Shown piece after piece: positions 25,034 to 34,009 of a stretch of DNA of 45,487 nucleotides (position 1 is its first letter; each line of letters starts with the position of its first letter). Made by a program: the position numbers and the translations under genes. This DNA comes from Desulfobacteraceae bacterium (GTDB lineage: Bacteria; Desulfobacterota; DSM-4660; Desulfatiglandales; HGW-15). The notes beneath the pieces were generated by a model. It saw only the letters and a list, made by a program, of their open reading frames with translations. It was not told where the DNA came from and did not search any database. The stretch lies in the NCBI GenBank assembly GCA_050050615.1, contig JASFTV010000002.1:1-45487 (forward strand), read 5' to 3'.

Positions 25034-26212
25034 TTATTTCCTCTTCAATACCTCTTTCGGCACCTCCGCCTTTTCCGGCCATCCCTCGGGGATGATCTGG
25101 CCGGCTTTTTCTTTGAACTTGTCTTTGAGTTTATCCAGCTTGGGCCGCTTGAATTCCTCTCGGGGCTCCTTAGGGATCCTGCCGTTCAGGATCGCTTCTG
25201 AACGCAGTCTTCTGCCGATGGTCCTCTCCATCAGTGTGCCGAGCTCCAGGATCCGATCGATATCAATGGCTCCGACATTCACGCCCATCTCGTCCAACAT
25301 GACACACATATCCTCAAAGGTGACCAGCCCAACCACGTTCGGATCTCTATAATAGTAGGACCCTGTACCCGGAACAGGCGTTCTGTCGAGGAAATTCGCC
25401 GGCTGCCCACCGAGCCCACCCAGCGTGCCTTCAAAGATCTCGATGCCCGTCTGAAGGGCGGCAAGCACATTGGCCAGGCCCCAACCCCTGGTGACATGGA
25501 AATGGGCCACATGCAAATCCGGATTGGGAAGCTCGTCCAATATCATGGAATAATACCGATATACCTGGTTGGGAGGTGCAGAGCCGTCATGGTCGGCATG
25601 TTCAATATCATCGGCACCGATGCTCAGCCACCGTTTTGTGAATTCTACGGCCTCCTCCAATTTTGTGGGCCCGGATATGGGGCTTCCCCAGATCGTACTC
25701 ACTGTGCCGCACATTTTAATGCCTGCATCCTTGCATTTTTTGATGCATCGCTCCGCCTCTTTCCAGTACTCGGGCAAGGTTGTGCCGCTGTTTGCAAAAT
25801 GATGCTGCTCATCGGTTGAAACCATCATCAAGACGCGATCCGGGCCGTATCCCTGCTCCTTAAGTCTAATAGCCCGGTCCACAGAAGGCTCTCGGATGGT
25901 TATGGCCGTCCACTCGATATCCTCCGGATTGATACCCTTCCTGGCCAGTCTCTTGGCAAAATACTCATCCTGTTTGATCCCCTTTAACACCTCTTCAGCG
26001 TCCTTGAACTGGGGCATGATCCGGGGATTCCCCAGATTGGTCGCCTCAACTCGCTTCACACCTGCCAAGGCCAGTTCCTGGAGGTAGTATATCTTGGCAT
26101 CTGTGGGAATCCATGATTCCTCGTGCTGAAACCCGTCCCGGATGGTTATATCCGCCAGTCTGACCTTTTTGGGCATCTTTGGATGCACCTTAAAGATATC
26201 GTATTCACTCAT
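25034..26212 (-). CDS. HMGL-like (DRE-TIM metallolyase / carboxyltransferase-fold) protein with lysine-rich tail
   Basis: 392 aa. ADITIRDGFQHEE motif, HADHDG and HFH metal-ligand-like motifs. The C-terminal ~45 aa is K/E/P-rich. Confidence 0.65.
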   Translation of the reverse strand: MSEYDIFKVHPKMPKKVRLADITIRDGFQHEESWIPTDAKIYYLQELALAGVKRVEATNLGNPRIMPQFKDAEEVLKGIKQDEYFAKRLARKGINPEDIEWTAITIREPSVDRAIRLKEQGYGPDRVLMMVSTDEQHHFANSGTTLPEYWKEAERCIKKCKDAGIKMCGTVSTIWGSPISGPTKLEEAVEFTKRWLSIGADDIEHADHDGSAPPNQVYRYYSMILDELPNPDLHVAHFHVTRGWGLANVLAALQTGIEIFEGTLGGLGGQPANFLDRTPVPGTGSYYYRDPNVVGLVTFEDMCVMLDEMGVNVGAIDIDRILELGTLMERTIGRRLRSEAILNGRIPKEPREEFKRPKLDKLKDKFKEKAGQIIPEGWPEKAEVPKEVLKRK

Positions 26213-26479
26213 CCTATCCCTCCTTGGACCCTCGGGTTCACCGGGGGCAAATAATATACCTGGATTCCGAAATTCGACAAATGGACCTCCCGCCCGCTTC
26301 AGCGGGGAGATGGCCGTCTTTCACCACCCTGCTTGAATCTAACCCCTTGGTAACTTTCAAAAGTGTTCCCATGGCTGAGGCCTTATGTCTCCATCGCTTT
26401 GCCTGCCTAGGGAGGCCATGATCTTTTTCGAAAGGGGATATCTCATAAAAAGAATCCCGCCGGACCTTGCCGTGGCCGA

Positions 26480-26503
26480 CAAAAGGCTTCCCGCAAGGGA
26501 AGG
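26480..26503 (-). terminator. rho-independent terminator after the gcdA-like gene
   Basis: Minus strand CTTCCC-ttgc-GGGAAG followed by CCTTTTGTC. Confidence 0.5.
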
Positions 26504-26532
26504 ATAGTCGATGCGAACACTTTTGAACATCA

Positions 26533-28272
26533 CTAACCCTTAATGGACCTTGGAAGCAGCATCTGATGGTGCGGGCAGATACTCGTTGGATTTTGATAGC
26601 AGGCTCTCGCAAAACCCACAAAATAGTCCCTCAGCTTTGCCATGGGGACAATCTCATCCACCAGACCCGCTTTTGCACAGTATATGGGCCTTGATTGATC
26701 ATTGTACTGTTGGGCAAGAACATTCATTTTGTCAATCACGGGATCAAGGGGCCTGGCCGCATCCTGTTCTTTAACCAACCGCCGTGCAAAAGCAGCCGCA
26801 GCAGCCGTCTCCCCATGCATGACATAGATCTCCGTGGTCGCCACGCCCAAGGTAAAGGCATTGTTCCTGGTTGCCTGAGGCCCGCCCATGATATAGTGAG
26901 CCGCAGCCGTCCCTTTTCTCAAAACAACGCACAGCATGGGCAAATGTGAGCACTCAATGGAGTAAATCAGAGATTGCCCGAGGCCGAGAAGCTCCGCCTG
27001 CTCAGCAATATCCCCCACGTCAATGCCACTGGTATCCTGAAACCATATCATGGGGATCTTATCCCGGCTGCAGAACATGACCATTTCGTTCATCTTTATA
27101 AGCCCTTCCCTGTAAAGCTTCGCACCAATACCCATGTAATGACCTTTCGCGTATCCGGGATAGTCTTTTCCCAAGAACCCCTGGCGATTGGCAATCACCC
27201 CGATCGGAAAACCGTCTATCTTGGCAATGCCGCAGTAGACTTCAGGCCCGTAGTCCGGCCTGTATTCCATGTGTTCGCTTGCATCAAAAAGCCTGGCCAG
27301 CACCTGTTCAATACTGTAAACCCTTTTCTGATTGAAGGCGACGATGCGGTTCAGCTCCTCCGGCGGATACGCCGGGTCGGCAGGTTGGGCTACCCTGAAC
27401 GTTGATGGGTCATAACAGGGCATCCCTGCCATGCAGTTTCTCAGGGCGTCGAGAACGCCCTCTTCCGTGTCGAACACCTCCCGCATAAAACCGGTCTTGT
27501 CATAGTGAATCCTGACGCCTCCGGGAGGCGCCTGTTTGAACTTTCTTGTGGCGTCAATGAGCGTCTCCGCACCCTCGAGATCAAAGTATCCTTTGGGAGA
27601 CATGCCGCTCACAATCCCTCCGCCGCCCACCGCCATGTTGGATTTCTCATGGGCAAAGATGATGGCCGGGCTGATGGCATGATACCCACCACCAGCCGGA
27701 TTTGTGCCGTACATGCCGACGATCACCGGTATGCCCTTTTCAGCCAGCTCGGAATGCCTGAAAAACGTTCTTCCCCCGGAGCGTCTGCCCGCATAGACCT
27801 TCTCCTGCTCTGTGAGCTTGACCCCACTGCAGTTGAGGACCCAGACGAGGGGAATATTCAGGCGCTCGGCAATGTCCTGGGCCCGAAAAACATGCTCTCG
27901 CTGACCCGCAATCCATGCCCCGGCAAGAACTTTGTTATCCGAGGCAATGATCACGGCGTACCGACCCGATATCTTGCCCAGACCGGTGATAACCCCGGTC
28001 GTTCTCTCCTCGTTGAACTCCGGGTCATAAAGGGTGTCCAATGGCAAAAACGTACCCGGGTCGACCAAGAGATCGATCCGTTCCCAGGCTGTCTTCTCTC
28101 CCCGCTTGTGGAGCTTTTCAGAAGGAATTCCCGTCTTCTTCCTCTCCTCTGCGGCTTCGGCTATTTCTTGGTCCACCTTGGATATCTCAAGGGCATTCGC
28201 CTCTCCCTCCGCTTTTTCCTTTTCACTCAGTGCCCTGCCTATGGGGCTCATTTTTTCGAAATACGGTCTCAT
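26533..28272 (-). CDS. gcdA: glutaconyl-CoA decarboxylase alpha subunit-like carboxyltransferase
   Basis: 579 aa. ASDNKVLAGAWIAGQ, VLNCSGVKLTEQEKVY, GMYGTNPAGGGYH, TGFMREVFDTEEGVLDAL and C-terminal ICPHHQMLLPRSI track GcdA of Acidaminococcus as I recall it. Confidence 0.7.
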   Translation of the reverse strand: MRPYFEKMSPIGRALSEKEKAEGEANALEISKVDQEIAEAAEERKKTGIPSEKLHKRGEKTAWERIDLLVDPGTFLPLDTLYDPEFNEERTTGVITGLGKISGRYAVIIASDNKVLAGAWIAGQREHVFRAQDIAERLNIPLVWVLNCSGVKLTEQEKVYAGRRSGGRTFFRHSELAEKGIPVIVGMYGTNPAGGGYHAISPAIIFAHEKSNMAVGGGGIVSGMSPKGYFDLEGAETLIDATRKFKQAPPGGVRIHYDKTGFMREVFDTEEGVLDALRNCMAGMPCYDPSTFRVAQPADPAYPPEELNRIVAFNQKRVYSIEQVLARLFDASEHMEYRPDYGPEVYCGIAKIDGFPIGVIANRQGFLGKDYPGYAKGHYMGIGAKLYREGLIKMNEMVMFCSRDKIPMIWFQDTSGIDVGDIAEQAELLGLGQSLIYSIECSHLPMLCVVLRKGTAAAHYIMGGPQATRNNAFTLGVATTEIYVMHGETAAAAAFARRLVKEQDAARPLDPVIDKMNVLAQQYNDQSRPIYCAKAGLVDEIVPMAKLRDYFVGFARACYQNPTSICPHHQMLLPRSIKG

Positions 28273-28286
28273 ATTGCGGCACCCCC

Positions 28287-29510
28287 TTATGATCTGTAGT
28301 CTGCGACCCGCTGTTCGAGCGTTGCAGTCAAGCCTGCTCGGAATCTCGGATCTCTGTAAAGCCTGGCATCCGCCTCCATCTCCATTTCAACGAATGATGT
28401 TTCATCAAATGTGGATGGATCGTAACCCTCGAGAAGGGTGCGTAGCCCCTCAATGGACTGCGGTGCCAGAGGTCTTCCCATCTCAGCAATGCTCTCTTTC
28501 ACCTCTTTTAAGGCTTTTCCCCAGATTTGGGAATAGTTCTCCGGATTTTTTCTCCTCTCCACTTCTTGGTAGATGTCCTCCTTTTTGGCCAGAGTGGGCC
28601 GATCCTTTTCATTCACCACTGGGATCTGCTCTACGGCACATGTTGCGATTTCCAGCCCTTTGGGAAGCAGAAGTATCCCTGTCTCATCATTGTGAGCTTC
28701 CAAAGCTTCCAAGTACGCCGCTTTATCAGTCTCAGGATCATCGGTCTTCTGCCGTTTTGGAAAAGGAAAGGGCACATCCACCACGACGTTGTAGATTCCG
28801 ATATCTCTCAGCTGATTCGCCTTTACCTCCTTAGAGGTCATGGCCATATACGCTGCATTGGTGAGACCCGCTTTAACCAGCGTTCTGGCGATCCCTGACC
28901 AACCCGGCATTAAACCGATCATCGCCTCGCTAAAACACAGGCCGCTTCTGGAATCGCCCACCAAGAAATCGGCCATCAGGGGGATCTCCGCCGAACCACC
29001 GAACCGTGTTCCTCCTCCACAAACAGCAACGACCCTCAAATATCGAGCCATCTTTCTGATAAACCCGTGAAGGGCAATGCCCTTCTTCAACCGATTGTCT
29101 GCCCAATCAAAGAGCTGGTCTACCTCCTTTGCTGAGGCTCCGGCACCCTCCTTCTCCTTTTTCATCTCCAGGGTCTTATCCAGTCTGTTCAGGCTTTCCT
29201 TGAGATCGCCCCCCGCATGCACGGGATCATTGGCACCGTAAAGGACAAGAAATTCGAGCTTATCCTTTTTCTGAAAAACCTTGTCCAAGCCTTCTAAATA
29301 AGCATCCAACCCTGGATTTCCCACCTGATGAACCGGTGGATTGTAGTAGCAGAGAATAGCACCGGTCTGGCCTCTGAAGTTCACCTGGTCAATGAAAAGA
29401 TAGGCCTTGCCTTCTGACCACGCATAGATCGGTCCCTGATTTTCATATCCTTGGATGTTGCTGGATCTGATCAACCCTATTGGACCCTTCATAACATACC
29501 CCCTTATCAT
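28287..29510 (-). CDS. long-form enoyl-CoA hydratase/isomerase (crotonase) family protein
   Basis: 407 aa. Oxyanion-hole region CGGGTRFGGSAEIPLMADF...FSEAMIGLMPGWSG. About 140 aa longer than classical hydratases. Confidence 0.7.
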   Translation of the reverse strand: MIRGYVMKGPIGLIRSSNIQGYENQGPIYAWSEGKAYLFIDQVNFRGQTGAILCYYNPPVHQVGNPGLDAYLEGLDKVFQKKDKLEFLVLYGANDPVHAGGDLKESLNRLDKTLEMKKEKEGAGASAKEVDQLFDWADNRLKKGIALHGFIRKMARYLRVVAVCGGGTRFGGSAEIPLMADFLVGDSRSGLCFSEAMIGLMPGWSGIARTLVKAGLTNAAYMAMTSKEVKANQLRDIGIYNVVVDVPFPFPKRQKTDDPETDKAAYLEALEAHNDETGILLLPKGLEIATCAVEQIPVVNEKDRPTLAKKEDIYQEVERRKNPENYSQIWGKALKEVKESIAEMGRPLAPQSIEGLRTLLEGYDPSTFDETSFVEMEMEADARLYRDPRFRAGLTATLEQRVADYRS

Positions 29511-29587
29511 TGCCTGTGGTGATTTTTGTACCTTTTCCTTGTCGGCCTCACTGCCATTGGGTTCCAGCCAAAGTTAACTAATAGTGA

Positions 29588-29634
29588 ATCTCCCCGCCCT
29601 TCTAGACGGAGCTCTCTGCCGCGGTTTTTCTACA
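29588..29634. repeat. REP-B copy 3, fused to a MITE copy
   Basis: ATCTCCCCGCCCTTCTAGACGGAGCTCTCTGCCGCGGTTTTTCTAC. Confidence 0.65.
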
Positions 29635-29842
29635 GCGTTTCCCAGGTCGTGTGGCAATACTGTCATTTCGATTCCCGTGCAAACGGCTGGAGAAATCTTA
29701 CAATACCAATGGGTTGCCAAGATTTCTACCGGAGTTTACCCCTTCGGCAGGTTCCCTTCGGTGAACTCAGGGCCAGAGGCAGGGCAGGCTCTGAGTCACT
29801 CGAAGGGGTCGAGATGACATGTTCATAAGGAAACGCTCTACT
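29629..29842 (-). repeat. MITE-like repeat, full-length copy (inverted orientation)
   Basis: The reverse complement is collinear with 2745-2958, including the ~40 bp segment missing from the 24814 copy. Intact TIR TAAGGAAACGCTCTACT at 29826-29842. The other TIR is degenerate (CTACAGCGTTTCC). Confidence 0.75.
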
Positions 29843-30329
29843 AGGCGTAAGGGAAACCTTTCCAAAACTCCTTGTCTTTGTACTGCCAATCCTTCTCGAA
29901 TTTCTCGTCATAGTAGGCACCGAACCTCTCAAGCCAACGCCACCAGGTGCTCTTGCTCTTCTCTTTCGCCTCCAGGACATCCTCTAGGTAGGTGGTGATT
30001 TCAACGATTTTATCTTTGGGCACGTACAGGGCGGCGCCTTCCTTGTGCGACTTGACCGTGTTTTCAGGACTCAGAGCATGGGCGGTCAGCATCACGGCTG
30101 TTACTTTTTTCTGATTCGCAATTTTCAACAGCTCATAACCGTCAACGCCCATGATGTCCAAGATAGCGATATCGAGCTTTTCGGTAGCCAATAGCTTTTT
30201 CGCTTCCTCAAATGTGCTCGCTTTGGAGATTTTGCACATCGTCAACAGCTCTTCCAGGGTTTCCAACACATCAGGCTCATCATCAACGATGAGAATTCTT
30301 TTGCCTTCTAACAAGCTTTTCTTTTCCAT
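29841..30329 (-). CDS. stand-alone response-regulator receiver protein
   Basis: 162 aa. ILIVDDEPDV...DIAILDIMGVDG...MLTAH receiver motifs, plus a ~40-aa W/K-rich tail and no output domain. Confidence 0.8.
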   Translation of the reverse strand: MEKKSLLEGKRILIVDDEPDVLETLEELLTMCKISKASTFEEAKKLLATEKLDIAILDIMGVDGYELLKIANQKKVTAVMLTAHALSPENTVKSHKEGAALYVPKDKIVEITTYLEDVLEAKEKSKSTWWRWLERFGAYYDEKFEKDWQYKDKEFWKGFPYA

Positions 30330-30532
30330 GTTACCTCCCTTCCTCTTTTCAACTGGTCTCGGACTTCATAGAGCTAAACTGTTACAAAATCTCTAATAAA
30401 AATGTAAACAGTTATATGCAGACCATATTCTAGAAAATATGTCCTTTTAGGGCCTTTTTCAAAGCCAGGAATTTCTTCTTTTATGATTGGCTTTCACAAG
30501 TGTCCAGAATCCTAATTCTTTGTTCAGGTAGC

Positions 30533-30793
30533 CTACCAGTTTGGCCGGGAGTTCACAATGATGATGACGTTCTCAAATTTGCCGGGATTGTACCAGCTGT
30601 GAAGGGCCTCACTGCGATAGTGCATCAAGTCCCCCTCCCTCAAGTGATATTCCTGGTCATTCAGATAAAAGATTAACTCGCCCCGGATGACATAAACGAC
30701 TTCCTCCCCGACATGGCTGATCGGGCCTTTTCCTCACCCTAGGTTTCGCGACCTTTCCGAGACGTTTATGCGACCGTCCTGAATTGTAGTCAT
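30533..30793 (-). pseudogene. cupin-domain ORF interrupted by an in-frame TGA at codon 20
   Basis: My translation: MTTIQDGRINVSERSRNLG-TGA-GKGPISHVGEEVVYVIRGELIFYLNDQEYHLREGDLMHYRSEALHSWYNPGKFENVIIIVNSRPNW. Cupin motifs GEEVVYVIRG and H-x3-N are present. TGA is at 30734-30736. Confidence 0.55.
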
Positions 30794-31016
30794 GCCGACT
30801 CTGATTGTCAAATCGGTAAGTTGAGTTCGTTCCAGCAGGGAAGCAGGCGTGGTTAGAAACTAACAACTATCATATAGTACTCGGGAAATAAGAAATGTAT
30901 TGATCTACTTTTTCAGTATATCGAAGAATTCTTGATCATTTTGTTGTAGGGATGCTAGTATGCATGATGATTTCCTTTTTAGATAGAATCGATCAGTGTC
31001 AACAAAGGGGTTTTCG

Positions 31017-31292
31017 ATGGTTAGACTCAAAGTGACGGTTGAGAGGATTGACGGCTATTGTAATCAGCCCATGTTGGTGGGAGATAACTTCATAGTGGAA
31101 GGTGGGAAGATCATGATTCCTGAGGGTAAGCACATTTGCATGTGGGCCCTGCAGAGTATGATGCCTATCTTCCCGCTTCTACAACGGGTTGAGGAAGAAA
31201 AGGGGGATTGGACCAGCAAAGTCAACCAGTTCTGTTGTCCGGACCCCAAGGGACAGGTTCATTACCGCATAGAAAGGATCAAGGAGAAATGA
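31017..31292 (+). CDS. TIGR04076 family protein
   Basis: 91 aa from the ATG preceded by AAAGGGG. The pattern KVTVERIDGYCN...VGDNFIVEGGKI..PEG..IC.WAL.S..P...L......W......CCPDP matches my memory of TIGR04076. Confidence 0.6.
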   Translation: MVRLKVTVERIDGYCNQPMLVGDNFIVEGGKIMIPEGKHICMWALQSMMPIFPLLQRVEEEKGDWTSKVNQFCCPDPKGQVHYRIERIKEK

Positions 31293-31810
31293 TCACAATC
31301 AATCCCAAGAATTGCTCTGGATGCATCCGCTGCGAGGTCAACTGTTCATTCTTCCACACGGGCAGAGTCGGTCGAAGTCGGGCTCGAGTCAAGGTGGTCA
31401 AGATCGAGGATATCGGGATTGACTACCCTGTCATCTGCCGGCAGTGCGAGGAGCGTTACTGCACAAAGTGTCCCGAGTCTGCGATCGAGATCGGTCCAGA
31501 AGGCCAAATGATCGTGACCCCGACGTTATGCACCTCCTGTGGCACCTGCGAGACCCTCTGCCCCATCGGTGCCATCGAACTCTACGAAGGGATACCGTAT
31601 GTCTGTGACCTATGTGGCGGTAAGCCGAGGTGCGTTGAGCAATGTAACATGGGAGCCATCAATTACGAATCCGAGCATGACGAACCCGCCAGCCTCAAGA
31701 CATTCAAGAAGAGTAGCAAAGGGCTGAATCCAGAAGAAAAGAGGGTTCTGTATGCTCTTGACAGAGCAAGAGAATTGCTGGATCAATGGAAATCAACGGT
31801 AGGGGGTTAG
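31289..31810 (+). CDS. 4Fe-4S dicluster electron-transfer subunit (AorA-like)
   Basis: Four Cys clusters: CSGCIRCEVNC, CRQCEERYC, CTSCGTCETLCP, CDLCGG..RCVEQC. ATG at 31289 follows AAGGAG and overlaps the previous stop (ATGA). Confidence 0.8.
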   Translation: MITINPKNCSGCIRCEVNCSFFHTGRVGRSRARVKVVKIEDIGIDYPVICRQCEERYCTKCPESAIEIGPEGQMIVTPTLCTSCGTCETLCPIGAIELYEGIPYVCDLCGGKPRCVEQCNMGAINYESEHDEPASLKTFKKSSKGLNPEEKRVLYALDRARELLDQWKSTVGG

Positions 31811-31811
31811 A

Positions 31812-33620
31812 ATGCTTTACGGATATGGCGGGCACAATTTGCGTGTTGATCTGACCAGTGGCAAAATCTTGCGGGAAAAAAGTGATCCCCGGTACATGAT
31901 CAGGGCTATTGGCGGTCGCGGATTGAATTCCTGGCGTCTTTATGATGAATTAAAAAGAGATATCGATCCTCTCTCGCCCGAGAACATGCTTCTCATCGGT
32001 GTCGGTCCCTTGACCGGTTCCTTCCTCAGCGCCTCGGCCTACATGACCATCTCAGGAAAATCCCCTCTGACCGGCATACTGGGGGATTCGGCCGCCGGCG
32101 GGTTTTTCGGTCCTGAGCTGAAACAAGCCGGTTACGATCAAGTCATCATTGCCGGCAAAGCGGACAAGCCTTCTTATCTGCTCATCGCTGATGACCATGT
32201 AGAGATCAAGGATGCATCCCACTTGTGGGGACTGGATCTTTGGCAGGCGACATCTGCAATCCGCCGGGAGCTTGGAGACAATGCCGTCCAGGTCGCGGCC
32301 ATTGGACCTGCCGGCGAGAACCTCGTCAAATTCGCGACCGTAGCGTGTAACAATTCCCGGATGTTCGGACGTACGGGCATGGGCTGCCTCTTCGGTTCTA
32401 AAAACCTCAAAGCCGTGGCCGTGCGAGGCACCACCCCTGTGTCTGTGGCCGATCCCTTGGCCTGCTTGGATCTGTGCCGGGAACTGGACCGCCGAATCAT
32501 GACCCATCCGGAGTGGGACCGGCGCCATGACATGGGCTCCACCCTTCTGATGAAGGCCCTGAACGGTATCGGTATTCTGCCCACCAATCACTTCCAGAAA
32601 GGCATTTGTGATTACGTGGACAAAATCAGCGGGGAAACGCTGGCCGAAAAATACAAGGTCAAGAACAAGAGTTGCTTCAATTGCAACATCCACTGTTCCC
32701 GGTACTATATTACCGATCAGGTGGAATCCGAAGGCCCGGAATTTGAGACCCTCTGCAGTTATTCGTCCCGAATCGGCATCGATGATCTCAAATTCACGCT
32801 CAGAATGAATGCATATCTTAACCGCATGGGAATGGATTCCCTCAGCAGCGGGGAGACCATCGGCTGGGCCATGGAATGCTTTCAGAGGGGGCTGTTGAAC
32901 CGGGACGACATGGACGGCGTGGACTTCACTTGGGGCAATAAAGAAACCATTGAAAAAATCCTGGAACTTATTGTCCACCGGGAAGGTATCGGAGATGCCT
33001 TTGCAGAAGGGACCCGGTCATTGGCCCGGCGGTTCGGCCGCGGAACCGAAAAGTACGCTTTTCAGGTCAAGGGGCTCGACGTCATCTGTGGAGACCCGAG
33101 GGGCATCAAGGCCTTTGGTCTCACCTACGCCATCGCTTCTCGGGGAGCGGACCATCTGAGAGCCGAGCCTTTCTTCGAGTTGACCGAACGATACGACGAG
33201 GCGGAAAGGCGGTGGGGAATTCGCGACATCGCCAACCGGCTCTCCAACAATGGAAAGCCTGTCCTCGTCGAGCACACGGAACGTCAGGCGCTCCTCACCG
33301 ACTGTTTGACCATGTGCAAGAATATCGGCCTCTCCATGGATGTCCTGGACTTCGATTTGGCCTCAAAACTGTTGGTCGCCGGTACAGGGTTGGATTTCAA
33401 CCCCGACCGGATGGACCGAAGCCTTCGCGGTATCATTGATGCTGATCGGAAAATGAACATCGATTTCGGAATCAACGCCTCTATGGACACGTTGCCCCAT
33501 CGCTTCACCCATGAACCCCTGGAGGAAGGCCCCTCAAAAGGTCAAGTGGTGCCCGTGACGGAAATGGTCAAGGAATATTACAAGCTTCGAGGTTGGGACG
33601 ACCAGGGCAGACCCCGGTAA
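31812..33620 (+). CDS. aldehyde:ferredoxin oxidoreductase family tungsten enzyme
   Basis: 602 aa. The N-terminus YGGHNLRVDLTSGKI and the overall length and motifs are typical of AOR. Confidence 0.85.
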   Translation: MLYGYGGHNLRVDLTSGKILREKSDPRYMIRAIGGRGLNSWRLYDELKRDIDPLSPENMLLIGVGPLTGSFLSASAYMTISGKSPLTGILGDSAAGGFFGPELKQAGYDQVIIAGKADKPSYLLIADDHVEIKDASHLWGLDLWQATSAIRRELGDNAVQVAAIGPAGENLVKFATVACNNSRMFGRTGMGCLFGSKNLKAVAVRGTTPVSVADPLACLDLCRELDRRIMTHPEWDRRHDMGSTLLMKALNGIGILPTNHFQKGICDYVDKISGETLAEKYKVKNKSCFNCNIHCSRYYITDQVESEGPEFETLCSYSSRIGIDDLKFTLRMNAYLNRMGMDSLSSGETIGWAMECFQRGLLNRDDMDGVDFTWGNKETIEKILELIVHREGIGDAFAEGTRSLARRFGRGTEKYAFQVKGLDVICGDPRGIKAFGLTYAIASRGADHLRAEPFFELTERYDEAERRWGIRDIANRLSNNGKPVLVEHTERQALLTDCLTMCKNIGLSMDVLDFDLASKLLVAGTGLDFNPDRMDRSLRGIIDADRKMNIDFGINASMDTLPHRFTHEPLEEGPSKGQVVPVTEMVKEYYKLRGWDDQGRPR

Positions 33621-33764
33621 CCAGTTCAGAGAGAATTCTAACCCATCTGCAGTGCTCAAGAATATTTGTTTCTTTTTTCCCGAGTCATTTGCTGGATTTT
33701 ATTCTAAATGCCTGATAGTGTGATTATTTGGGAAAAATGAATCGGTGCTTCATGCGAGGTGCCC

Positions 33765-33872
33765 ATGGGAGCCTGATTTTCGGGAACCGTGGTGCATCCT
33801 GTAAAAACAGGCATTGAACTCGTTGAAAAGCGTGTTTTCGATTTATTTTGGACAGCAGTATGATAGTATAGG
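33765..33872 (+). promoter_or_regulatory. ~107 bp promoter/leader repeat, copy 1 (upstream of the binding-protein gene)
   Basis: About 80% identical to 35243-35350. Contains the CCTGT-aaaa-ACAGG hairpin and a TTGAAA ... TATTTT sigma70-like pair. Confidence 0.5.
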
Positions 33873-34009
33873 CCCCCTGGTGACTGTACGACTCCTCGGT
33901 CTGCGCGCTTTACGAAAATACCCATACGTGAAGCATGATAGACAAGCTAACGACTAACTGTCAGCTATGATCCATTAACCATTAAGCATTAAATAGAGGA
34001 GGGGAGACG

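Noticed and set aside
26238-26621. 127-aa ORF spanning the gcdA 3' end and the downstream spacer, considered as a missing small Gcd subunit or biotin carrier
   Set aside because: It overlaps gcdA out of frame, crosses the terminator hairpin, and has no AMKM biotinylation motif or TM helix.
31208-31288. Upstream extension of the 4Fe-4S ORF (27 extra codons)
   Set aside because: It overlaps the 3' end of the TIGR04076 gene in another frame. The ATG at 31289 has an AAGGAG RBS and gives a typical ferredoxin N-terminus.
33791-33806. GGTGCATCCTGT in the duplicated liv leader, considered as a sigma-54 -24/-12 promoter
   Set aside because: The -12 position reads GT rather than GC, the second copy (GGGGCATCTTGT) is no better, and no enhancer-binding-protein gene is nearby.
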